Shown here one piece after another: positions 26,217-35,689 of a DNA stretch of 64,000 nt (its first letter is position 1; each line of letters begins with the position of its first letter). Location: positions 256,176 to 320,175 of IMG/VR virus record IMGVR_UViG_3300031857_000002; one strand, 5' to 3'. The position numbers and the translations under genes were made by a program. Under the pieces are notes generated by a model that worked only from the letters and a program-made list of their open reading frames with translations, had not been told where the DNA came from and did no database searches.

Positions 26217-27432
26217 AGTGAACAACCTTAACATCTGGGGTAGATGTCAGTTTGCGCCATGGGTCAACAATGATACTGCCCTTGGGGATGTCACAGTAGG
26301 CTTGTGTGTCTTGTTGCTCGCCTGTGTATTCGTAAGTGATCTTGCGATTGTGTGCCCACAAAAACACAGCAGGGCCGGCAACTTCCTTAATAACTTCGTC
26401 TTGGTTGTCTGCCAAGGGATCAACATAGCGCACATTAAATCCAGCTTGTTTGACATAGTGTCCAACCAAGGTAGAATAGCTACCAATACAGTATTCAACG
26501 TCTGGTTTGTAGGCTTTGCCATGAATCACAACACTCATGCCATTTTGTTTGGCTTGTTCTACCAGGAACAATGCCAGATTCTTGGCTTGGATTTCACGAG
26601 CATGCATGATTGTGTCAAACAAGTCATATCCTACTTCGTAGTGTTCTGCTAACCAACGAAGTGCAATATTATCACGTGGATGACAAGCACCTGCATCTCC
26701 CATGCCTGCTGTCATGTACTTGGGACCTTGTAGTCGCATGGTGCTTCGTGCCAAGGCGTTTGTAACAACGTCAACGTTGATGTTGCCAATCTTCATAGCA
26801 AAGTCTTGAATCATGTTAACAATACCAACCTTGGCCGAGATGTAGGTGTTGTAGAAGATCTTGATAGCTTCACATTCGTCCCAGGTGCCAATTTCGTAAC
26901 GTGGGTCGTTGTTCATGATTGTTTTGTACAACGCAATCAACTCACCTGCAATACCTGTAAGCTCGCCATCTTCTGTGCCAATGATAACCATCTCAGGATT
27001 GGCCATGTCCCACTTCACTGATCCCATGGCAATGAGGTAAGGATTGTACAAGAATTGATGTTTGGGGTCTAGCAATGTAATAAACTTGCTACGTGTGGTA
27101 CCAGGTAGCACCGTAGAAATCAACACAACTTTCTTGCTGGTCTTGGCATGTTGGTTGACTTTGTTGATGGCATCAATCACCGCATCGTGGCCAAAGTCCT
27201 TGGGGGTCATGTGACTTGATGGGACTGATCCATCATATCCTTCTGCGTGTGGGGTTGGCACAGCAATAAAGATCCATTCGCTTTCATTGACCAACTCGTC
27301 AATGTCGCAAACTTTTACAGTGTCGCTAGTACGTGGGTAAATATCATAACCCCGCACTGTGTGCTTTTCTGCCATAACTTCGGCGCAATCAAGGCCAAGT
27401 TTACCGATACCGATAAATCCAATTTTTTTCAT
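26194..27432 (-). CDS. UDP-glucose/GDP-mannose dehydrogenase family
   Basis: GFIGIGKLG, IFIAVPTP, STVLPGT, YNP, IKIFYN, GDAGACHPRD, KAYKP. Confidence 0.9.
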   Translation of the reverse strand: MKKIGFIGIGKLGLDCAEVMAEKHTVRGYDIYPRTSDTVKVCDIDELVNESEWIFIAVPTPHAEGYDGSVPSSHMTPKDFGHDAVIDAINKVNQHAKTSKKVVLISTVLPGTTRSKFITLLDPKHQFLYNPYLIAMGSVKWDMANPEMVIIGTEDGELTGIAGELIALYKTIMNNDPRYEIGTWDECEAIKIFYNTYISAKVGIVNMIQDFAMKIGNINVDVVTNALARSTMRLQGPKYMTAGMGDAGACHPRDNIALRWLAEHYEVGYDLFDTIMHAREIQAKNLALFLVEQAKQNGMSVVIHGKAYKPDVEYCIGSYSTLVGHYVKQAGFNVRYVDPLADNQDEVIKEVAGPAVFLWAHNRKITYEYTGEQQDTQAYCDIPKGSIIVDPWRKLTSTPDVKVVHYGNTRGQ

Positions 27433-27435
27433 ATT

Positions 27436-28743
27436 ATGAGTGTTCCTTTAGATAGATTATACAATCACTTAGACAGTTTATGCAACCATGATGCTTTAAT
27501 TTATCGCTTTTATCCGCATGGCTCAAAAAAACTTGAAGATATACATCCCTTGTATGATTTCTCTCAACGTGGATGGCAGTATCAAATTGGAACTCCAGGC
27601 ATGCTGTGTCATGATCAGGAACCGCTGATGTTTGATCAGTATTCTAATCATGACATGTTGAATTATTTTGTGCATTATAACCCAGCAGTACTTGATGATA
27701 CCAAAGCTGTTAATCGACTAAAAGAGTTAATCAATACGCAACATTTGCGATCAATGACCTGGTCACGGCATGGCATATACGACACCACGCTGTTGTTACA
27801 CAGTGAAAAACACAGTGAAAATCTTGCCCGGTATGAACAAGTGGGATTTATAGGAGTATACTGGTGGGCACATGCCGCTATTGCCAATGATTGGTACCGA
27901 TATGCCAAACATGATCCTGAGCTTGCAGTTAATTTTAACAATATCAGCCAGGATTTTTTGGTATACAATCGTGCCTGGACCGGCACACGAGAATATCGAC
28001 TGAAATTTACCGAACTAGTAATCAATTTAGATCTTCAATCCCGTTGTCTCATGAAGTTTTCTACCACCTGCGACGGGCAGCACTATTCTAAATTTAATTT
28101 TAAAAATCCAACATTGGCAATATCACAACATGATTTAGAAGCACACTTTGATCCGTGCACCATCAATGCTACTGCTAGTGCAGATTACCATGCGCCGGAT
28201 TACGCACACACTGGAATAGAGATTGTGTTAGAAACATTGTTTGATGATACACGATGGCACCTAACTGAAAAGTCACTTAGACCAATTGCCTGTGGTAGGC
28301 CTTTTATGCTAGCAGGCACCCCAGGTAGTTTAGAATATCTCAGGAGTTACGGGTTTGAAACGTTTGGCAACTTGATTGACGAGTCCTACGATCAAATTGC
28401 AAACTCAGTTGAGAGACTGCAATGCATCACTGCGGAAATGTCACGTATTAGTAAGTTGCCACAAAAACAAAAACTTCAGCTATGGCAATCCTTGTATGAA
28501 ATTGCAGACCGTAACAAACAGTTATTTTTTAGTGACGCATGGCAACAACAAATTTTTGATGAGTTTGTCAGCAACTTTAATCAAAGTATTTCTATCATGG
28601 AACATTGCAAAACAGGGCAGCATTGGTTGAAATTTCGAGATGCGTGGATTGCATGCCCTGATCAATTCAAACTTGCTGACCCAGTAATATTAGAAAGTAT
28701 GTTACATCAAGAAGAAGTTGAACAACTGTTAAATCGTACTTAA
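27436..28743 (+). CDS. Putative glycosyltransferase-like protein (GT10-like C-terminal motif)
   Basis: IVLETLF...HLTEKSLRPI..G.PF...G....L..L..YGFETF...IDESYD. Confidence 0.5.
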   Translation: MSVPLDRLYNHLDSLCNHDALIYRFYPHGSKKLEDIHPLYDFSQRGWQYQIGTPGMLCHDQEPLMFDQYSNHDMLNYFVHYNPAVLDDTKAVNRLKELINTQHLRSMTWSRHGIYDTTLLLHSEKHSENLARYEQVGFIGVYWWAHAAIANDWYRYAKHDPELAVNFNNISQDFLVYNRAWTGTREYRLKFTELVINLDLQSRCLMKFSTTCDGQHYSKFNFKNPTLAISQHDLEAHFDPCTINATASADYHAPDYAHTGIEIVLETLFDDTRWHLTEKSLRPIACGRPFMLAGTPGSLEYLRSYGFETFGNLIDESYDQIANSVERLQCITAEMSRISKLPQKQKLQLWQSLYEIADRNKQLFFSDAWQQQIFDEFVSNFNQSISIMEHCKTGQHWLKFRDAWIACPDQFKLADPVILESMLHQEEVEQLLNRT

Positions 28744-29096
28744 ATTGATTTTATGTATACTCCAGTCCAGTTGGGTCCTGGGGGATTGTTCCTGAATGCT
28801 CGAACACGATTTTGTATTTCTTCATAGAACGTGTCTACTGTGCCGCCCCACTTGCCCTTGAGTTCTTCAAGTGCTTGCTCACAAAAATCCCAATGCTGTT
28901 CACGATAGTATTTAATCACATCTGCATGCAGTTTCTTGTGTGCTTCGATTAATGGGAATTCATTCAGGGGAATTTTCTCTACTACACAATAAGCGGTAAA
29001 TGGTTCTGCTCCGGGCTTGACACAGATGGTATCTAGTTCTAGTACTGTATGCCCATTGGGCATCAATTTAACAGCTTCTCCAAATATAATGTTCAT
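28740..29096 (-). CDS. Stand-alone homolog of the C-terminal tail of class III adenylate/guanylate cyclases
   Basis: LELDTICVK..EP...Y, Y..QHWD, FY..I..RV...PP..NWTGVY; no catalytic core. Confidence 0.5.
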   Translation of the reverse strand: MNIIFGEAVKLMPNGHTVLELDTICVKPGAEPFTAYCVVEKIPLNEFPLIEAHKKLHADVIKYYREQHWDFCEQALEELKGKWGGTVDTFYEEIQNRVRAFRNNPPGPNWTGVYIKSI

Positions 29097-29117
29097 GTGA
29101 TTTCCTTTTAAATATGT

Positions 29118-29912
29118 ATGATGAATTTTAATTTTGACTTAATTTCTGATTTACATATTGAAACCTGGTCTGAAGAAATAGATTGGACCGGCATTGCTAC
29201 CAGCCCTGTGTGCGTGGTTGTTGGAGATATATCTAAGGACAGAAATATTGTAACCCGTGTGTTGACCAAACTTGGTCAATGTTATCAAGCTGTATTTTAC
29301 ATAGATGGCAACGACGAGCATCATGATTACTTGCATAAACTTGGGTATAGTTACGCTGATCTAGTGAGCCGCGTTAACAACATACCCAATGTAGTTTATT
29401 TACAAGACAATGTTGTAGTAATTGATGGAGTGGCTATCCTAGGTACCAATGGCTGGTGGGGGTTTGATTTTGATCTAGGAATCGACTATGTCAGCAGCCA
29501 AGAATGGTATCGTGAAAAATTTGGCTTGACTGCAGAAGCAACCCATGCAATATCTCGTATGGCCAACAATGATGCCATGTACATGATCAACTCAGTCAAG
29601 AGAATACAAACACACCAAGACGTTAAAAAGATTGTAATGATTACACATACTGTGCCAGATCCTGTGCTGATTGAACACGATATTGATCTAGAAGGCAAAC
29701 TAAAGTTCAACACCATGGGCAACAGATACATGAAACAGGTGTTAGAAGTTGATACTGAGAAAAAACTACATACCTGGTGTTTTGGACACTATCATGGTTC
29801 GATTGATCAAACTCGCAACGGCATCAGATATGTGAACAACTGTCGCGGCAGGGGTGACACACCTTATGGTAAACATGTGTACTACCCCTTGCGAATCACT
29901 GTGAGTTATTGA
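29118..29912 (+). CDS. Metallophosphoesterase
   Basis: LISDLH, VGD, DGNDEH, THTVP, FGHYH. Confidence 0.85.
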   Translation: MMNFNFDLISDLHIETWSEEIDWTGIATSPVCVVVGDISKDRNIVTRVLTKLGQCYQAVFYIDGNDEHHDYLHKLGYSYADLVSRVNNIPNVVYLQDNVVVIDGVAILGTNGWWGFDFDLGIDYVSSQEWYREKFGLTAEATHAISRMANNDAMYMINSVKRIQTHQDVKKIVMITHTVPDPVLIEHDIDLEGKLKFNTMGNRYMKQVLEVDTEKKLHTWCFGHYHGSIDQTRNGIRYVNNCRGRGDTPYGKHVYYPLRITVSY

Positions 29913-30217
29913 ACAGTATCAGGCTCTAGCTTGATCTGAAGTGGATAGGCTTGAGCACGAGCACTTATAGTAACCTCAATACCTTTTTGTTCGGCAATCT
30001 CATAAGGCAACACAGCAACCACAGCTGATCCAGCTTCGTGGATGTCTTCGGTAATGGTCAAAGCCGTGTGTTCAGTATAGTTAAAAAATTCTACCAGACT
30101 TTCAACCACAAACTCCATGGTGGTTTGATTGTCGTTGAGATAGATTACCTTGTACATTGGTGGCTCTTTAACCTTTTCAGATGGTTTGATTTTTGTACGT
30201 GTATCTGCTTGAGACAT
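29906..30217 (-). CDS. clpS: Clp protease adaptor ClpS
   Basis: EPPMYKVIYLNDNQTTMEFVV..L, IHEAG.AVV, EIAEQK, YPLQIKLE. Confidence 0.93.
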   Translation of the reverse strand: MSQADTRTKIKPSEKVKEPPMYKVIYLNDNQTTMEFVVESLVEFFNYTEHTALTITEDIHEAGSAVVAVLPYEIAEQKGIEVTISARAQAYPLQIKLEPDTVQ

Positions 30218-30231
30218 TGTGTTTCCTTAGG

Positions 30232-30894
30232 TTAGTGTGCGTGAATTTGCACGAGGTCTTTGTTGTTGAACTTTTTGTATTTTTTCCAATTGCCTGAGCA
30301 ATGAATTTGTGATGCTTTGAAGAATATGCCACGGCCAGCTTGATATCTAAACACAGCATCTGGAGTAAGCCAGTCACCGAAATAAGTCTTGGTAAATGTT
30401 TCCATGGTGTGTTCGATATCTTCAGTTTCACTCCAGGTGTTTTTACGAGGATTAGCGTCACGGCCGCCCATGGCCCATGTCATGAACATTTCGTGCATGT
30501 GTTCACAGCTACGAGCTTCTTCTTGATATAACACCGCACTGTGTTCTGGAATGTCATCCAGCGCCATGATAATTGTGTAGGTGGGGAACTCAGCGTAATC
30601 TTTGCAGTAGTCGTCAACGTGTAAACTATGTGGATTAGTCTGGCGTTGATAGTTTGCCCAGATGTGACGCACATTGGGTAAGAATTGTCTAGTCACACGA
30701 TCAATAATTTTGTGTACTTCATATTCTGGTTTGATTAGAATTCGATGATCAATCACTTGCCCTGGTTCAAACTCAGGGTGATTAGGAACGTACCCGTCAA
30801 TCCAAGCTTCGCTTTGATGTTCATTACGAAACTGCTTAAAGGCAGCAATTTCTTCTGCTGATATGATATTATCTACTATTTGTGCTCGAAACAT
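30232..30894 (-). CDS. Putative 2OG-Fe(II) oxygenase-fold protein, paralog of 22797-23450
   Basis: SLHVD (HxD), TIIMALD, QIHCSG; same layout as 22797 protein. Confidence 0.5.
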   Translation of the reverse strand: MFRAQIVDNIISAEEIAAFKQFRNEHQSEAWIDGYVPNHPEFEPGQVIDHRILIKPEYEVHKIIDRVTRQFLPNVRHIWANYQRQTNPHSLHVDDYCKDYAEFPTYTIIMALDDIPEHSAVLYQEEARSCEHMHEMFMTWAMGGRDANPRKNTWSETEDIEHTMETFTKTYFGDWLTPDAVFRYQAGRGIFFKASQIHCSGNWKKYKKFNNKDLVQIHAH

Positions 30895-30905
30895 GTTTGT
30901 CCTAA

Positions 30906-30929
30906 AGTGGCAGCAATCTTGCTGCCACT
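30906..30929 (-). terminator. 10-bp hairpin after hsp20 (terminator/processing)
   Basis: AGTGGCAGCA-AGAT-TGCTGCCACT followed by only short T run. Confidence 0.55.
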
Positions 30930-30946
30930 GTATTTACACTATTATA

Positions 30947-31405
30947 TTAGGAAGTGTATGTGATAGCAATAGTCTTTGGCTTGGCTTCTTCAGGTATTTC
31001 ACGCTTTAGGTGAATGCTTAGGATACCAAGTTCAAGATGTGCTCCGGTAATTTCCACATGGTCCGCTAGTTGGAATTCTCTACGGAAACTACGCTCACTG
31101 ATTCCTTTGTGCAGGTATTTTGCAGTCGAATCTTCATTCTCCACAGTTTCACGACTGTGCTTGCCTTCAATAACCAAGATTTTTTTATCCTTGGTCACTG
31201 ACAGATTGTCGTAGCCAAAACCAGCCACAGCCACGCTGATCATGTACTCGTCATCATTGACTTGTACAATATCATAAGGTGGATAGTTTGTTGAGCTTTG
31301 TTGAGCATTTACACGCATGAGTTCATCAAACATGTTATCAAACCCGATACCAAATTTGGTGAGTGCGGGAATGTCGAAAGAGCGAAGGGTGAGAGTTTTT
31401 GTCAT
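30947..31405 (-). CDS. Small heat-shock protein Hsp20 (IbpA-like)
   Basis: NYPPYDI, AVAGF, YLHKGISERSFRREF.L, A.LELGIL.I.L. Confidence 0.95.
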   Translation of the reverse strand: MTKTLTLRSFDIPALTKFGIGFDNMFDELMRVNAQQSSTNYPPYDIVQVNDDEYMISVAVAGFGYDNLSVTKDKKILVIEGKHSRETVENEDSTAKYLHKGISERSFRREFQLADHVEITGAHLELGILSIHLKREIPEEAKPKTIAITYTS

Positions 31406-31412
31406 TTGTTTT

Positions 31413-31476
31413 CTCCTTTATTAAGCAAGATGACTTGTGATGTAGCCCCACTATGGGCACTACAAATATATTTATA
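31413..31476 (-). promoter_or_regulatory. T4-type late promoter and ROSE-like 5' UTR of hsp20
   Basis: TATAAATA (31469-31476), 5' hairpin (31441-31464), CUUGCU-UAAUAA-AGGAG hairpin with bulged G opposite SD. Confidence 0.6.
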
Positions 31477-31495
31477 CAGGAAATCTCAACTGTTG

Positions 31496-31714
31496 TCAAG
31501 ACTTTTCGATATTTTTTATTGTGTAATCACATGCCGTCCAGGTCATGGTAAAAAGAGTAAAATGCTCTGGTTGATTTAGGCCAAGTCGATATTTTAAACC
31601 CTTGGCAACTTTGGTTGTGTAAGGTACCTTGTGACGATTAGCCCAGGCACTGACTGTATCTTTGAGACTGTCAAAACTGTCCATGCTTGTGACAATGTCA
31701 AACTCTATGTACAT
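31496..31714 (-). CDS. Hypothetical protein
   Basis: 72 aa, coupled to rpsU stop. Confidence 0.6.
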   Translation of the reverse strand: MYIEFDIVTSMDSFDSLKDTVSAWANRHKVPYTTKVAKGLKYRLGLNQPEHFTLFTMTWTACDYTIKNIEKS

Positions 31715-31938
31715 TAGAACTGTTTTTTAGGCAACTCTTGCTCACGTAGTTTTTTACGCCAACGTTGTTTGGCTGCTGATGCCTTGAGTTTGCGTTGAGT
31801 TGTGGGTTTGATATAAAATTCACGCTCTCTTAGATCATTTAACAATCCATCAGCTTGAATTTTCTTTTTGAATTTGCGCAATGCTTTTTCTACATTGCCA
31901 TCTGTGACTAGTACCGATCTTCCGTGTAATTTTTCCAT
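31714..31938 (-). CDS. rpsU: Ribosomal protein bS21
   Basis: V.V.DGNVEKALRKFKKK....G...DLREREFYIKPT..RK...AA..RW.KK. Confidence 0.92.
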   Translation of the reverse strand: MEKLHGRSVLVTDGNVEKALRKFKKKIQADGLLNDLREREFYIKPTTQRKLKASAAKQRWRKKLREQELPKKQF

Positions 31939-31945
31939 AAATGCA

Positions 31946-33136
31946 TTAGAGCTCCTTAGGACTATTTACCAGGGCTTGATCAATATCTACGTGCTTAATT
32001 CCGTCTGTGCGATAACGTGCTAGATTGTACATGTGCGGCAACAACACACGTTCTAGTTCTGAATGCAGGCCACGAGCGCCTGTTTTGTTTTTGATTGTGC
32101 GTTCTGCAATGAGATCCAGGCTGTCTGCAGTAAACTCAAGGTCAACTTCGTCTTGCTTGAACAACCACTGGTACTGACTTATGTAATTGTGCTTGACTTC
32201 ATTAAGGATACGTACCAGGGCTGTTTTATCCAGCTCTTTGAGCGCAACCCAAGCAGGGAAGCGACCTACAAATTCTGGGATTAATCCAAATCGCACTAGG
32301 TCATCTGGCGTGGTCTTTGACAGGTGTAACTGCCCGTCTGTTTTGCTAGAAACTTCTGCACCAAATCCAATGTTGGTGCCTTGCACACGACTCTTGACAA
32401 TGTTGTCTAGTCCAACAAATGCACCGCCTGCAATGAACAAGATGTTTGTGGTGTCAATTTCAATAGTGTCGCCCGACGGGTGTTTTCTGCCACCAGTGGG
32501 CATGACTCTACACTTGGTGCCTTCTACCAGTTTGAGCAAGGCTTGTTGTACGCCCTCGCCTGACACATCTCTTGTGATACTGGTGCCTTCGCTCTTACGA
32601 GAGATCTTGTCAATCTCGTCCACAAACACAATACCACGTTGTGTTTTGTCAACATCGCCGCCCGCGGCAGCATACAATCGACTGATCAAACTTTCAACAT
32701 CATCGCCCACATAGCCTGCTTCTGTTAGGCTAGTAGCATCTGCAATCACAAATGGCACATCTAAATAACGTGCCACAGTTTTGGCCAGTAATGTTTTGCC
32801 TGACCCTGTTGGACCAAGCATGAGAATGTTAGCTTTTTCAATTTCAGTGTTAGGGTCTTTGTTACGAATGCGTTTGTAGTGATTGGCAATGGCCACACTC
32901 AGCAACATCTTGGCATCGTCTTGTCCAATCACATATTGATCCAAATGCTTTCGAATTTCTCTTGGATCAAGATTGGGCGAAGCATCTGATATTTCAGGTT
33001 TATCTACCAACAGTGTTTGGCACAAGTCCACACACTCATTGCATATTGCAACACCTTCACCCACAATGAGTTTAGTCACTGTGTCTTTGTGTTTGTTACA
33101 AAAACTACAGGTGTCAAGATTATCGGATGTTTTCAT
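31946..33136 (-). CDS. clpX: Clp ATPase ClpX
   Basis: Zn finger [50 protein letters not shown]. Confidence 0.97.
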   Translation of the reverse strand: MKTSDNLDTCSFCNKHKDTVTKLIVGEGVAICNECVDLCQTLLVDKPEISDASPNLDPREIRKHLDQYVIGQDDAKMLLSVAIANHYKRIRNKDPNTEIEKANILMLGPTGSGKTLLAKTVARYLDVPFVIADATSLTEAGYVGDDVESLISRLYAAAGGDVDKTQRGIVFVDEIDKISRKSEGTSITRDVSGEGVQQALLKLVEGTKCRVMPTGGRKHPSGDTIEIDTTNILFIAGGAFVGLDNIVKSRVQGTNIGFGAEVSSKTDGQLHLSKTTPDDLVRFGLIPEFVGRFPAWVALKELDKTALVRILNEVKHNYISQYQWLFKQDEVDLEFTADSLDLIAERTIKNKTGARGLHSELERVLLPHMYNLARYRTDGIKHVDIDQALVNSPKEL

Positions 33137-34653
33137 GTATTATTTGTTTTGGTTTGTAAACGTTGTGCCACTTGTTCTTGTTCGCTGGCGCTGAGTAAGT
33201 CAACATCATATGTGCCACTATTGATTTTGTCAATGAGGTGATCAATGTATGCTGTATCGTAAGTATAGTTATCTGCTGTGGCTTTGTCAACTAAAATCCA
33301 ACGATTGCCGTTGAATTTGAACAATTGATTTGGTGCTACATCTGTACGCACAAAACTGTCGCCACGTGCAGGAGCAGTAGGGAATGTGTTACCAAAGCTG
33401 GAGTTAGGGGCAGGCTTGAGATACTGCATCCATGGTAGCTCTGTTATCTCGCCACGCTCTAACATGTTGCGTTGACCCTTTAGTGTTTCGCCTGGATTGA
33501 GCTCTTTCCAGTGTTGCATTGCCGCTTTTTCTTCTGGCGTGCCGTAGTCGATAATTTCTGTTTCAAAACTAGGCATGTCAACATACACTGGTTCGCCGAT
33601 GGGCTCAGATTTAGCAACCATGGGTTTGAGATTTTCAAAATGTACAAACGGCTTGTCTAAGTACGCATGGCGGCCGCGGTCAAACTCTGTTTTTAATTCT
33701 TCTACTTCTTCTTCAGTTGAAGGATATGTTGTTGTGGTAGTGTTGTACATCCAACCTGGTGGTGATGGATCTGTGCGTATCATCCAGTCTGGATGGTCTT
33801 GGGCCACTGTTTGTTTTATCTGATCAATCTGCTCAGTAGTCAATGGACCATCGTCTGGGGGATATGCAGGCTCGTCGTGTACAAATCCACCCCGGCCTTG
33901 TCGTGCCCATTCAAACTGTTTGTTAGCGGCAAGAATGAGTGTGAGTGCTAGTGGATCAAACACCAGCACAATCATGATAATAACAAGACGTACTGCTTTT
34001 TCTAACACATTGGCATCTGGATTATCACCGTAAACCAGGGCCGCAATGTATTTTACAGGACCAACCTCGGCTTCAATCTTGCGGAACTCTGCTGCCAGCG
34101 GCGCCCGTTCTTCACTAAGCGTAGTAATCGTTTTTTGCTCGGCCGAGATTTCAGCAAGGAGACGCCCACGTTCCTTTTGTTGAGACCTACGGAGAGCCAC
34201 GGACTTATCTGCCCCCGTTTCTGATGTACTTCGGCCCATGACTTGGTCAACTGCCTCATCCATCTGTTTAAGCGCCTTGCGGTTAACATCTATATTTTCC
34301 TTTGCAATCTTAATTTTTTCATCATATATAGCAACCTTGCTTATAGAGTCACCAGACACTAGACTTTGATCACTGTGTGCCTTTGACAAGTATCCAAAAA
34401 TACCCATTGATGTCAACAACATAAGGAATGCCACAGCAGGTATTAAGTATGCTTTGAATGCCCACCCTGCTCGTTTCCAGTTGTTGTGCAACCACACAGT
34501 GGCCACAATCTTGCCAAGCTCTAAACTGCCACCCATGATGATCACAGGTATGGTTGCAGCCGAGAAAATGGCTGTGAGGCCTGCTACTGAATAATAGGCA
34601 GCCACAATGCTCAGTAGCAGAGCTGTGGCCAATATGCTGAAACCAAATATCAT
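33133..34653 (-). CDS. Membrane protein with coiled-coil and acidic C-terminal region
   Basis: Three N-terminal TMs, heptad region, further TM ([12 protein letters not shown]). Confidence 0.7.
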   Translation of the reverse strand: MIFGFSILATALLLSIVAAYYSVAGLTAIFSAATIPVIIMGGSLELGKIVATVWLHNNWKRAGWAFKAYLIPAVAFLMLLTSMGIFGYLSKAHSDQSLVSGDSISKVAIYDEKIKIAKENIDVNRKALKQMDEAVDQVMGRSTSETGADKSVALRRSQQKERGRLLAEISAEQKTITTLSEERAPLAAEFRKIEAEVGPVKYIAALVYGDNPDANVLEKAVRLVIIMIVLVFDPLALTLILAANKQFEWARQGRGGFVHDEPAYPPDDGPLTTEQIDQIKQTVAQDHPDWMIRTDPSPPGWMYNTTTTTYPSTEEEVEELKTEFDRGRHAYLDKPFVHFENLKPMVAKSEPIGEPVYVDMPSFETEIIDYGTPEEKAAMQHWKELNPGETLKGQRNMLERGEITELPWMQYLKPAPNSSFGNTFPTAPARGDSFVRTDVAPNQLFKFNGNRWILVDKATADNYTYDTAYIDHLIDKINSGTYDVDLLSASEQEQVAQRLQTKTNNT

Positions 34654-34658
34654 AGTCT

Positions 34659-34979
34659 TTATTTACCGGGATTTTTTACCACTATCACAGCGTGTTTAAC
34701 TGCGCACCAGGTAGCAAACGACGGATCTGGCACTTCAAACCAAACGTAATTTTCTACACGATTTCTTTCCCACGCAAACTTTTCTAGTTTGCGTCGTACT
34801 CTAGGCTGGCCTTTCCAGCCATTGTGACCATATAGTGTAGTAGCTTCTTTCATGATTGCGTACCAAGTTTCGGTATCACGCAAATCAAACCAAATACGGT
34901 GCATGACCAAGGGCGTTGATTCAAGCGAGCTGAGTGACGCAGACATACTCGACGCAGAGGTCTCTGTTTCAACAGACAT
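34659..34979 (-). CDS. Hypothetical protein
   Basis: 106 aa, SD AAGGA, downstream of structured leader. Confidence 0.65.
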   Translation of the reverse strand: MSVETETSASSMSASLSSLESTPLVMHRIWFDLRDTETWYAIMKEATTLYGHNGWKGQPRVRRKLEKFAWERNRVENYVWFEVPDPSFATWCAVKHAVIVVKNPGK

Positions 34980-35012
34980 TAAAAATATCCTTTCACTGTG
35001 TTAATCCCTAAT

Positions 35013-35158
35013 GAGCATACTCCCGGGTATCAATCGGGGTTTGGACGAATCCAGGGACAGTGTCGCAACCTATGTGACTGACGTTCACATGCCACGGTAG
35101 TAGCAGGCCTAGGAACCCCACCACACCATTGAACAGCACCATCTCCCTGATCATGCTC
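35013..35158 (-). ncRNA. Candidate structured, pseudoknotted ncRNA or cis-regulatory leader (unassigned family)
   Basis: Terminal GAGCAU/AUGCUC helix, 11-bp bulged helix, three-way junction, GGGGUU/AACCCC pseudoknot; 5' end coincides with predicted TSS. Confidence 0.55.
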
Positions 35159-35162
35159 TATA

Positions 35163-35191
35163 ATTATAACAACATGATCCAGTGCTGTCAA
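35163..35191 (-). promoter_or_regulatory. sigma70-type promoter
   Basis: TTGACA-17-TATAAT, perfect consensus. Confidence 0.85.
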
Positions 35192-35204
35192 CAAGTCTGG
35201 CTAA

Positions 35205-35687
35205 TTACGTTGGAAATGGCCAATTATTGCTGGCAATGGGGCGAGTCTTTAGTTTAATATTTTCTTCGATCACAGTGCCATCTTCATCGCACAGATCAAC
35301 TTGGTATGGTGCAATGACGTGTACTGCGGCATCTTCTTCCTGCCATTCGTGTTCACCATCATACAACCAACCTGCACCACCTTCGTAGTAGGCTTCTTTT
35401 AACTCTTGTTGCTCTAGTTCTGTGACGTCATCGCTGAATTCCCATTCAATACTGACGCTGTCATCAAACTCACAACCCCACCCTGCGTCTGTTCGAGCAT
35501 AGGCAACAGGGTCGCCTTCCCAGGGTAGATTGCAATCTAGGTCTTCTTCAATAAAACCTTGTCCCCAACGATATGTTTCGTCGATGTTGAACCAACTGAC
35601 GCTATCATCGGGGTTCCTACGATACATTTCTACATGGTAGACAATGCTTTTCTTTTGCAGTGGTTTGATTAGATATACAGTAGACAT
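35205..35687 (-). CDS. Acidic hypothetical protein
   Basis: 160 aa, D/E/W-rich. Confidence 0.7.
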   Translation of the reverse strand: MSTVYLIKPLQKKSIVYHVEMYRRNPDDSVSWFNIDETYRWGQGFIEEDLDCNLPWEGDPVAYARTDAGWGCEFDDSVSIEWEFSDDVTELEQQELKEAYYEGGAGWLYDGEHEWQEEDAAVHVIAPYQVDLCDEDGTVIEENIKLKTRPIASNNWPFPT

Positions 35688-35689
35688 GT

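Noticed and set aside
35041-35056. CUGGAUUCG resembling the tmRNA 5' region
   Set aside because: No GGGGC acceptor stem, T-arm, CCA end or tag ORF; element too short
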